NCBI GenBank assembly: GCA_051294905.1
Contig: CM119372.1
Span: 2,418,001 to 2,482,000 of the forward strand
Reading direction: 5' to 3'
DNA: 64,000 nucleotides
Source: Botryllus schlosseri
Taxonomy: Eukaryota
Positions 49,201 to 61,200 of this stretch are shown here, piece after piece; positions within the stretch are counted from its first letter, which is position 1; each line of letters opens with the position of its first letter. Below the pieces are notes generated by a model, which was given only the letters and a program-made list of their open reading frames with translations, was not told the DNA's origin and made no database searches. The position numbers were made by a program, and so were the translations under genes.

Positions 49201-52200
49201 GTATTGTTAAATTGCCGAATAAGGAATCGTCAAAACGTTAACGCATAGCAGCAGTTAATTGATGTTGCTGATAGTGATGCATTACGAATTGCGTTTCACA
49301 TGTATTGACATGCGTCCCTGAACACTCTCAGTGCAAAGAGTGAGAATTCACACCCAAAAGGTGGTGCTCAAAACAGAACCTACCTCAGCATTCAGAAACC
49401 CCTTTCTCGGGCTGTCGATCGAATATGTCACCGGTATTGTGAGACTGGAGGTATTTCCTTATTAGTGTGTTTCAAATTCAGAACGGTTTGACCCAACCAT
49501 CATTATGAAATGGCGTTCACTTTCTCTGTATGTATATTCAATCACCAGCCTAGCTCTTTTGGTTACTTTGCGCAAGAGACAATCTTGATTGATTCATGGC
49601 ATATTAAACATTGTTATAAATCCTACATGGCTGCGTGGATAGATACCTTCCTAGACGTCTCCACGCCTCTTTTAGTTCATTGATATAGGCATTTATGTAT
49701 TTGTGCTTGTTCTAATTTGTCAAGCAAGGTTTGGATTACGATGTATGTGTGTTGATTTATACCGCGATATAACTGTGACGTATAGGAGGAGCTGTTTCGT
49801 GTACCACCTTCTGGCTGTGAGTACAGCCTCTTTATGCTGAGAGTCTGTTTCTATACTGTTGACGTATACATTTCAAAGGAATAAGGTTGAAATATTTACA
49901 CATTTAGAAAAACGACCAATCTTTGTCTACGGAGGAAATCGTCACTGCTTCATCAACGCATTCAACAAAGCTCTCTGATATAGCGCCCACTAACTCTAGA
50001 AATCTGGAAACCCATATCAGTACCGTAAAGAGTGCAACAACGATTTCAAATCGCGACCCGGCGCGTGCCGTATCCAGTAACACAACGACATCGTACCAAG
50101 GTCAAACGACTGTCACCAGTACTACTATCGCTCTTGGTCGCGATACGGGTACGTTGACCACCAGCTCTGAGATATTGGACCGTGGGATGGCGAACACCGT
50201 GACAACTACTTCAACTATTTCAAGCAACGACAATCAAATGACTGTAACGAGCACCACAACTTTATTCAACCGAGACGACGGTAGAACCTCAACGAACAAT
50301 TCGACGATGTCTAATCAAGGAGTAGCGAGCACAATCACTAGTACAACGACTGTGTACAGTCGTGATATGGCGAAGACTGTTACCACAAATGAAGTAACTT
50401 TTACTGATATGAACACGGCTGATGAAAACAGCGTTTCATCTGTGGTACACGAGACCAGTAGATCTGAATATGCGATCAGTTCGTCCACAGAACAATCAGA
50501 TATCGTGGAAATAGTCTCTACTGATGCAATTAAACAGGGAGACAGACTTGAGAGCGAGGTGACGACAATGCGTGAAATTACAAGGTCAGTAGAGCGAGCT
50601 AAATCGGGAGTAGCACCGACCTTGATTCGACTTTCCATATCGAGTCAAGGGAGGCGATACCTAAACATTCTCTGAATTTCCCTCCTGCGTATAGTGACGA
50701 TTATTAAAGCGTTCGCATCTCTAATATTCCCAATTTGAGCAACCGTTTTGCATTAATGGTCTACCAGAACACCAAAAGCCAAAGTCGACTTATACAACAA
50801 AGCCACAATTTAGCAAGGGGCTACTCAACTATTTTTAGCAATGATCCATCTACAAAAGGATAAAGGTCGCTTAAGAGACTCATGCAACTACGCCACAATT
50901 TAGCAACTGGCTACTTAACTACTTTTAGCAGCGATACATCCACAAAAGGGTAAAGTTCGCTTTGGTCCGTTATTACTTTCATGAACTAATTTACAATCAT
51001 ACAAATGCGGTACGGTATAACTAACGAAATCCCGTGGTCTCAGAAAAAGCAGTTAGCGAAACGTATTTGTAGTTCTGTTAGTCACGGTTAGTGGGAGAAT
51101 TGTTATTATTGGGACTTTGTCTTTGCAAATCAATGATAATGGATTTGGTTTTGTTAAAAAATCTATACTGAGACTGGCAAGGCCCGGATTCACCATTGAC
51201 AAGACCCTTTACACCGCCAGTCGAGTAGTCCTGAACTAGTATATATATATATATGTATTATGTATGTTGTACACAAAACTTTGGAATATAATTTATATCT
51301 GCCTATACACTTCACGGAGGACAATCTACAGCAGTTGGTTCCCAAACGATGGGGAATTCCCCACTGGTGGGGAATTTTGGGATTTCTGGTGGGGAATAGA
51401 CCCATTAAAAAAAATCTCTACAGTAGTATCCTCCTTCATTAAATGTCGTTTTGAAATGCCTACTGAGTATTTCGTAGCTCATTTGCAATTCGGCGATTCA
51501 TATTATCAGTGCCTCCAATTAGCGAGAATCGCTAGGATAGCGACACGCAATCTCCAGCAATTTTTTTATTCATTGGTACACCATCATCGGTCACGAATCG
51601 TAGTGATAGAATAATTCTGATTCGTTGTAATAAGAGCTCATATTGCTGAACATGTATTCAAGGGAGATCGTGGACTCGCTAATTGACAGCACATCCGGAC
51701 TCGTTACAAATGAAATTAGCCTACATTTTTATGTTCTTTCAAGTTCCTTTATAGTATTGTGCGAAAGTGTAGTTGACGGCGGCTTATATATATATCGCAC
51801 GCATGAGTTCGTCAACATCAGGAAGTTTATCCGACCCATGTATTATTCGATATTCACGTATGTATATTGATGCTACCCCGCCTCATTTGGAAAATTTTCA
51901 AACCCCTCCTATTTTTCTGTTGGATGGGCGCCGGGGTAGATACATATATTTACGGAGGTACGTCTACGGTTACCAGTTCACCGCTGCGTTAATTTTATTG
52001 TGTGCTGATCAAATCCGGGGATCTTAACAATCACCAATAGCACGTACTATTTACTAAGCAAAGTCTTGCAAAATTTTATTGGAGGTAGCACTTTAAAGGG
52101 TGGATATGGATATAGAGATTTTAGGTGGGGAATGAAGGCTCGGAATAAATCGGAAGTGGGGAATTACGATAAAAAGGTTGGGAACCACTGATCTAAAGAA

Positions 52201-55200
52201 ATACAGACTTGAGCCTATCTCATACTCTCCAATGACATTGCTCTAGCAAAGTCGTCTCGCCCTCTAGTACCGCAATAACGAAGGATATTCCTGCAACAAA
52301 GCCCTCAGATTCAGCGACTTCAACCGATCCAGCGAAAAAGACAATGTCAGGTAAGAAACAAAGGAGCTAATACGTTGGAAAATATCGCGAATCTGCTCTA
52401 CAATTAACCGCTTTTTGCTTCAAATTTGTGTCTTGACGAGCTTCTCGTTTGATTCAGAACATCACGTATTTTTCGTCGACGGAGAGTTCACTTGTGACCA
52501 AGCGCATCGAGCGTGTGGTTCGAAGAAAGCGCTCGTGGCCACTAAGAGAGATCTGGACGAAGCATGGGAAGCTGGGTTCAGCAGGTGTGATCCTGTATAT
52601 AAGTTACATATATTTATATACTGTTATTATGAGACAGTCAAGTATAGTTTATGAAGCATACTCCTAACAGCATATCTCACGGCTCGATTCACCGCATCTG
52701 CCTGTGAGCTGTGATATTTAGTTGATGAATGATATTTGATAAATGATACTAATTTCATGACATTGACAAATATATTTACAATCAAGGCACAGCAGATGAT
52801 TGTAGTTATATAATTAGACTAACTAGAGCAGGGGTGGGCAAACTACGGCCCGCGGGCCGCATGCGGCCCGCAACACCGTTCTGTGCGGCCCGCGAGAGTC
52901 TAAAGAAACTTTTTAAAAATATTGATAAAATGCGTACTAAAAATCGAAATGTTGCAGGGACTTGATTAAACTTATTCTTAGTATATTTCACCGTGATAAT
53001 TCAGTGGTTCTCAAACTGGGGGCACCCCCTTGGGGGCGTGAAAGTATCTGAAGGGGGCGTGAAGCTAAGCTAAACTGAAAAATTTTTCGCGCTATGCGCG
53101 ATTTACATCCAATTCATAGTCATTGCTCTGTATTTAGTATGAATTTCACATTTTAAAATCCCTCATGCACAGTCGTAACCTTCCATGTCATCAAACTATC
53201 CAATCCATTAGGTTTGCTATAGCATCCTGGTTGCGTTTTGTGATATGACGATGAGGGGTGCGCTAAATCTTTCACCATCATAAGGGGGGGGGGGGGGGTG
53301 TCTTAAAAAGTTTGAGAACCACTGTTCTAAGGTTAATACTTCCTATATTATTTTTTATGTTTAATTTTGCTGCGCGACAGCCTGATCTCAAGGCCCACAC
53401 AGTTTAAAAGGTTTCAACTGCTAAACATCACAGAAATCCTAAACGAGATTGACATAATTCGGATCGTGAGTGAGATTTCAGATTGGCTACTCCTGTTTTA
53501 ATTATTTCAGGGATGTGCTTATGAAAACGATTCGCTCGAGTCTTAGAGGTGGATTCGTTCTGTGTATGCGTATAATTGGGGTATTATTATTTTATCTATA
53601 CCTGCGTGTTTGAAGCAAACATGGTTATGATGCTGTCAGCATTGTGTGTCCTGGAACTTAGGCAAAAGTGGAATCAGTAAATCTATGAACAGATCGCTGC
53701 TCACAGATTTAAATTTTAATCCTGTTCTAAGAATCGGGATAACCGACTTTCATCTCTATAGTTTTGACAAATTGGGTATTGAGGTCGGCCAACGTATGAA
53801 ATCTCGCGACTATGTTTCTGACGCGTGTACGATATCACCAAAGCAATGTTTGGTTTGTTTTAAATAAGCACATATACTATCTCCATGTCCTCACTATATA
53901 TTCAAATACCAATATTGCGATTTGGTTTATAATCCCAATTTTATATTGTGCGGCCCGCGAATGGATTTAAATGTTGAATGCGGCCCGCGAGCTCAAAAGT
54001 TTGCCCACCCCTGAACTAGAGCTAAATGCCGACAATGTAATTCTAAATATTTCTCTGCTTTAATCTAATAAATTGAAATCTGATTTCTTGTTTCCTGAAA
54101 ATGTAACTGTAGCTATAGCTATGCAATGCATACTTCATAGTTTATAGTGCGAAACGAGCTAAGCTAGGTTTACAGACATTTGCCACTATCACGCGTATGA
54201 GGTTAAACTATGATTTGATATGAACTGAACTCGATTTTTGTTGTATTTCCTCCGATTCAAAATTTAATTCACTTTCCAAGTACTTTTCTAATTCAGCGAC
54301 TCTAATTCTAATCTAATTTGTAAAAGCCGAGAATATTTTGGCAGAATAACTCTGGACATCGAAACTCCAGAGAACGTCAATTGATTTATGTTCCACTTCC
54401 AGATGCACGTACGGTTGGCTTCACGACAAGCACGTTGCTATGGTAACACAATCCCCAAACGAACGATGCCACAAGACAGACGTTGGTGTGCTTTATAGCG
54501 AATCACCTCAGAATTGCGAAGACAAATTCCAAGGGGTTTATTGTATCAACGGTAGGTGTAAACTTCGGCGATGAGTCGATTAGTTTTGTTTATTGATTCG
54601 CGACACGATACCAGGAACGGCAGACCTGCTTCATGCGCAAGTCGCTCATCAAAAATCTTAGTTTTGGAAGAGCGATAATAAATTGTAGGCTATCGAATGA
54701 AGTATATTTTTGTATGGTAATACCATAGTGTCCTGTATGGTGTGGACACAAGAAAATCTCACGGCTCTGTGAAACTGGTCTTCGTCACACTTTCCATTTG
54801 GTCAAAGGCAATTTGACGGTAATTTTTGACCGGCTCGCCGAGCGTTAAATGTGATGAAACGGGTATCAATCGAAAGCTACCGCGGTACTGATTGCGCAAA
54901 TATAAATTTCATTCTGCTCGTGGTCCTGGAACCCCCTAAAATCAGCTTCGAATCTTGCCGACGATTACCGCTGACGAGTGTCAGCCTAAAATCTTAGGGT
55001 CTATTTCAATTATTGAAGTGTATAGCGACTCGTTGATAAATCTCACTGCAGTAAGTACATTCGCTCAAGATAAGCAATGGATTTTTTTTTTCATGTAGGA
55101 GCTATCGACATACTATCGAAAGATGACAAGCTCTCTATCGGCACGGGCATGAAGAGTATCAACTGGTGGGTAACCGTCCACCAACAAGACGCATACGATC

Positions 55201-58200
55201 TCCAATATATACTGACAAGCGTCTCGACTGCTCATGCAAACGGAGGCCGGTCATACCCGTTACTGAAATATCTCCATTCTATCTACATATGTTGCAACGC
55301 TTTCAACATAACACATACCGCCGAGTTGAAACCAAGAACTTATGTCCAGGAACGACAGTAAGTGAACATTAGCCTCTGAATTCGAAGCAATCGTAGGCAT
55401 GAGACAGTTGCCCTTTAAAGTGGTCCCCGCTTTCTATGTAACGAATGTAGCAGGGGTTGACCATCGCGGCAGAGGTGATAAACAGGGTTGTGCAACCAAC
55501 AAGTCTACTCTCAAAGGATTCGGTGTCCTAAACATACAAGATTTGAGTCAACTAGAAATTGCCAATCTCATAGTGATTTGGAAATGATCAGATATTAACA
55601 GTCTATTCACAGCACTTACTCCAGAGGTTATATATTCAGACTACTTCCACTTCTACTTGCACAGGTTTCGGGCAAACCTTCTTGCTTTTTACAGTTTCAA
55701 TTTCGACAATCACCTGTCTACTTATTTAGGGTTACCGTCCGTCCTCTTTTAGGAGGATTTGTCCTCCCTGTTGAAGAAATGTCCACAATTCGTCCAAATG
55801 TTATCCTTTTTGGCAATTTGTCTTCCGTTTTAGCGTAAAATGCCCGAAAAGACCACGAAAGGCGTTCACTTTTGGCATAAAAGATAGACGACGGATTACG
55901 CGGGAGTCAAATCGGAAAAGGACTTTTTGTAATAAGCCAACGAAATTGAACCTACAGATCTGATTACTTGTCACACTGCACACTATTTACTTCCTCTTGA
56001 AGCAGTTTTGGACCGTCTTGGAAATTAGACTAATATGCCAATACCAACCCCTTATCTTCGCCTAGTCACAAAAACAAAAATCTGCCACAAAATTCACCTA
56101 ATACCTACATTACAATAGAATACTTGGTGCACAAGATGACCCGTGCCTCAACAACAGTGTTAAAAAGAATAAAAGCAATAAAACATGATTTTCATACAAT
56201 CAGTAAGATTATACCAACTATTGGCTCAACAAACCCCGTTTAAGAACCCCTACCAAAACCGTTTTAACGATTAATTCGTACCACCAGGCGTCTGTATACA
56301 ACAACTGCATGCTTTTAGTCCAAGGAAATTCTTCGAAGCATCCGTGAATCTATATCGTCAGATTTTCGGCTCCACCAAAGTCCTGACGCACGTCTATTGC
56401 AGTTACGAAGCTATGATGGTTTACGGAGCGGCAACAACTAACAGGTCTCATATTATTAGTAACATATTTAGCATTTAGGCGTATTTAATCAAAGCCACAT
56501 CACATTATTAAAGTGAAGACACTCTCGGAAGTACAAAAATCCAAACATTTTCGCCTGACTCTCGTCAAGGATACTCGTCAGCAAGTAATATAGAACTGAA
56601 AAGAACATTGCGTATCATATTTGTTGATGCGATCGCTGGGTGTCCGGTCCATACCGAGAAAACCATTACCGAGAATGTCATTACCACCGAGAATGAACAC
56701 AACCGAGAATGAAAATTAACGAGAATGCAATGTATGCAATGCAGACATGTTTCGTATGTGTACGGATCGTGTGTATGTGTTTCACCGGGTGGCCTCATTA
56801 TGTGTCGATGCTCAGGTATAAGTTTCTCGGCCACGCCCGTCTCAGTAATTAGATCTTCGGCATTGGCCATTATCGGTAACGTCCATTCTCGATAATGGTT
56901 TTCTCGGTATTGATATAGAACCCTATTGCTGATATAGGCTACCATGTTATTTTACAATCCCTACTATATTTGCTAACGAGTACCCCTGACAAATGCCAGT
57001 GGAAAAATTCGACTTAATTTTAATGTGAATATATCATTTAATTATTAAAGTGCTCATTAAATTGGATTATTAATACCACTGGCTAAATTGCGTGGTACAG
57101 AGTAGTGCCGACAACGGTATGTGTTCGCTCATCTCCGTCTGAGCATGATTGCCGCATGTAAACTATAACGCAGCCAGTCGTTATTCTATTCACTATTGAC
57201 ACCCCTATTCAATATCATTCACTCCCATTGTCCGTGAAAAGTATCAACCGAGAGATATGAATGGAATATATAACATAATATGTAATCCCGTTAAGAAAGG
57301 CTGGTTATTGTTATGGACTTGTAATTGCTAGATAAAGCCGACGCCGTCTAATCAATTATTCGTGGGATATTACCAATCGTCGAATCACTTAGGGTAATCC
57401 TGGTTAGTATACAACCGAGGTGGGTGTCTGATTGAAAGACTATACTCCAAGTCGTTTCGGCATCGCCTATCTTTTCATTATATTGCAATGTTGTGGTGCA
57501 TTGATTTGACAAGAAAATTAATAAAATAACCATGATGATGACTAACTGCATGGTCTAAGCAAGTCACCAATGTGTCATACTTAATCGTTGATTACAGGGG
57601 CACTACGGTCGCCTCAAGTTAAAGTTGAAGGTGTGAGGATATTTCAGGGCTGTAACCAAGTCACAAGGCTCCGAGTCACAAGTCAATCGCACTTTTAGTT
57701 TTTACTCGAGTCTAGTCGAGTCATTTTCAATTCACCATCGAGTCAAGTCCGAGTCCAAGTCATCAAGCAGAGGTTCGAGTCCGAGTCATAGTATTATGAC
57801 TCCAGTCCGTGTCCAAGTCATGGTGTTGACTGCTCAATTTCCAGTTAAAGTCTTGCTAAACCAACTTTTAGAACTTTGTTTGGTGATATCAAATGGTTAG
57901 CATCTTAAGATGCTAATTTTCCTCACTTTCAGCAGTTTCTGACCGCATTTTCATGTACTAGTACCAATAGACGAAGCACTAATAGGGTGGTTACGTTACT
58001 ATTCTTCGAAATTACAATGGAATGTCGGTCTCGACCGTCTAAGTCTCGAGGCATATGACTTGGTTCGAGTCATGCGCAGACTCGAGTCCGAGTCGAGTCG
58101 AGTCATTTCCGTATTTTGATAAAATGACTCGAGTCAAGTCGAGCCATCAAAAATTCGTGACTCGAGTCGGACTGGAGTCGCGTCATGACTCGAGTCATTA

Positions 58201-61200
58201 CAACCTGGGATATCTATAAATTACGAACAGTCTTGGCAGCCGCCATTTCCTTTAGAAATCCACATATTGTAATTGTCGCTAACATATGTCCACGAGTGGC
58301 TACATTCAGCTTGAGCTACATCTCGCTCTTAACACCTTACTTCCTAACTTCTTTACTAAACTCTCCGGCACGCATTTGACTCAATGTTGCACTTCCTGCG
58401 GCTTAGTCCTATTAGGTTAAGAATAAGTATAGGTATTCCGGTAGAAGCCCGCGACTTCTCTTAAGTTTTGTAGTTTCGGGGAAGCTGATTCGTTAATCGA
58501 CGGAAGTTGAATTAGTGATAATGCAGAAAACAGCCACCTATACACCAGGGATCGGCAACCTTTTTTGCTCTGGGGACAGGCTTGCGGATACAAAAATGTT
58601 AAACATTGAAAATTAATTGTAATTCATACAATAAGGTTACTATAATATGCCAGTAGTAATACACAATTACAAATGCTCCGGGAGTAACTTATCATCAATC
58701 ATAACCACTTAATTCTGAGCAGTCACTTTACGTGAAAAAAGTATAGGAATATTTCGCGTACCAGCATAATGGGATTAATACCTTCTATTCGGTAACAGCT
58801 TGTAAGTCTTCATTGTCATCTCTTGCAGATCGGCCATCATCCGACAGATTGTAACTTCAGCCGTCGAAATCGGCCTCGACGGGCTGATTATCAACTACGA
58901 ACCGAAATTGAATTATTCGCGCGACCATGCAAACACGTACATTCAATTTCTGAACGATTTTAGCGACGCGGCCGAGAAACATGGTATTTCAATTGGCACT
59001 GTGATATCTTCGTGGGGCATTCTCAAGGTAAGTGAGCTCGGCAGTGGACAGTTTGCGCTTCGTTCAAAACTGTCCCAGCTACTGGAAGTCACAATTCTGA
59101 CGACGTTGCTCTTCTACTGAGAACATGGGATTTAAATCGTATATCATCGCTGCGCAGACGGCGCGCTCTTTGGGTTGAAATTATATTATTTCCATAATCG
59201 ATTTCTATTATGTTTTGCCTAGTTTAGGGCACGGCAAAATCGAGTAATTGCAAGTTAAATATCACATTGATGACGATTTGTTTTTGTCGACCATACCGTT
59301 GCAATTAGGTTTGCATTTAAAACAAACGATGTTTTAAAACACTTTGTTTAAAACATGTTTTAAACAGTGTTTTAAAGAAAGGCCTTTAAAAAAACAAATT
59401 GGCGTTTTCTTTGATTGTAAAATCATGCCCTAATTGTGTATATACTTTCCAAAAAACATGTTGTATTAGCCTACGGACAAATACCACCCGATATAGCCGA
59501 CTTATAAATAGTCGGTTCAACATTAATAGTACACATATTTCGTCAAAGGAGCTATAATTACCTTATATTCTCAATTGTCGATGTCAATCCACTATGACGT
59601 CACAATTGAATATTCGTAACGTCATGGCTTAAAAAAACAAAGAAAAAACAGTAAAAAACATGTTTTAAATTAGGGCCTTGTTTTAAACATGTTTATTTTA
59701 AATTGATTTTTGTTTTAAATGCAACGCTAAATTCACTGTATTTTGTGATGAGCTGAGAATCGATCACTAATTCACAGATATGTCAGTTCCACTAATGTGC
59801 GTAGATTTTACTGCATGTTTCGTATGATGCGATACAACCAGTTGAAGTTTAATGGCTTTAACCGTGGAAAAATGTGTCGCAGCTATGATTTTCGTTGATG
59901 CATCAACTCGTAGTGACCGGGAGTGCATTATTTCAGTATTAGCATGACTCATGCTCACACTGCTCGGCCCGAATCATTAGAATTTCAACTCGATTCGGAT
60001 TCTAGTACACGGATCATTGTGTCCAACCCTGCCAGGTACTGCATCGATAACACTTCTATTTTAGCACTACGACTTGTTCGCCAAAAGCAAGCTGGAAGTT
60101 TTCGGGTCAATGGGAAGCACATACTATGGCCGTGACGTGGATCGAAATAAAGACAGAGTTAACGAAATGCTTGAGGAATTTGACACTGATCGGTAGGGAT
60201 CTCGTCTCATCTTGTCTTATGTTAACCCAAACTGAGACCCGTAGCGAAAAATTGTTTGTCCCGCAAAGAAGCGCAAAGTTTGAATGACGTGCGGCCTGGG
60301 CCATTGGTGTTTGATTTAGCTTATGGTCCGGTAACGTTTGAACCAAGCACAAGTCGGGTAATAAAAGGCATACACCAGAATCCCTAAAATATGTTCATGT
60401 TACCTGCTACCATTGCACATGGCTATTTTTCACAATATATGTAACTGGAATTCTTTTTCTCGCTCGGCGTGATTTACCTCCAGCTCGTAATTATTGCTCC
60501 ATATATAGTTCGAATTTCATGTTTGAGAAATCTCTCGGCAGTAATAAACTTCCATGTGGTACCGATGGATCAAAAATTGCAAAATGCTCTCTGGCCGCCA
60601 AATTTCCATCCCAGAACAGCAAATCTTTTTCTGGCTCAACACTTTGAGCCATGTTCTTTCTACCGCGGATATGCATGTGTATCCGGCTTTTCCAAAAATA
60701 TCTATGGACGTTCAAAAGTATCATCGGATCCCACCCGGTGGATCCAAAGGCATACGACTCAAGACATACGCTCAAGAACTTGAATCTTCGAACTTTTCTT
60801 GCTGTGTTCAATAATCTAAGGCTACAGCAAGCCAAAGAAGAATGTTGGGTCTTTCCCTTCAACAAATAGATTTAATAATAACGAAAATGTTGGCATAAAA
60901 TGCCGTTTCGATTTAGTCTCAGACTTACGCTTTTGAGGGTACATACATACATAAAACATATTGCCCGTAAATCGACATTTTGACTACCAACGCAGCTCGT
61001 TATATAGCGATAAAATACCACGGGCGAATATGACATGCAGCCTCTCTATGTATAGGCGTGTTTTATTGCTGCATGACTAGTTAGTCTAACTATTTTTCCC
61101 GATTTCGATATGGCATTATATCGGTTCACACTCTATAAATTTTGGAATTGAATTGGAAAAGGATGACGTTATTCACAAATAACGGAATAGACAAAAACAC

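Noticed and set aside
50315-50638. 107-aa minus-strand ORF
   Set aside because: It is the antisense shadow of the S/T-rich exon of gene B.
56638-56923. Short spaced repeats (ACCGAGAATG; also AAAACTAG at 10958 and ATTAGA at 28870) as a CRISPR-like array
   Set aside because: Repeats are 6-10 bp, irregularly spaced and lie in transposon ends. There are no 25-45 bp repeats with unique spacers and no cas genes.
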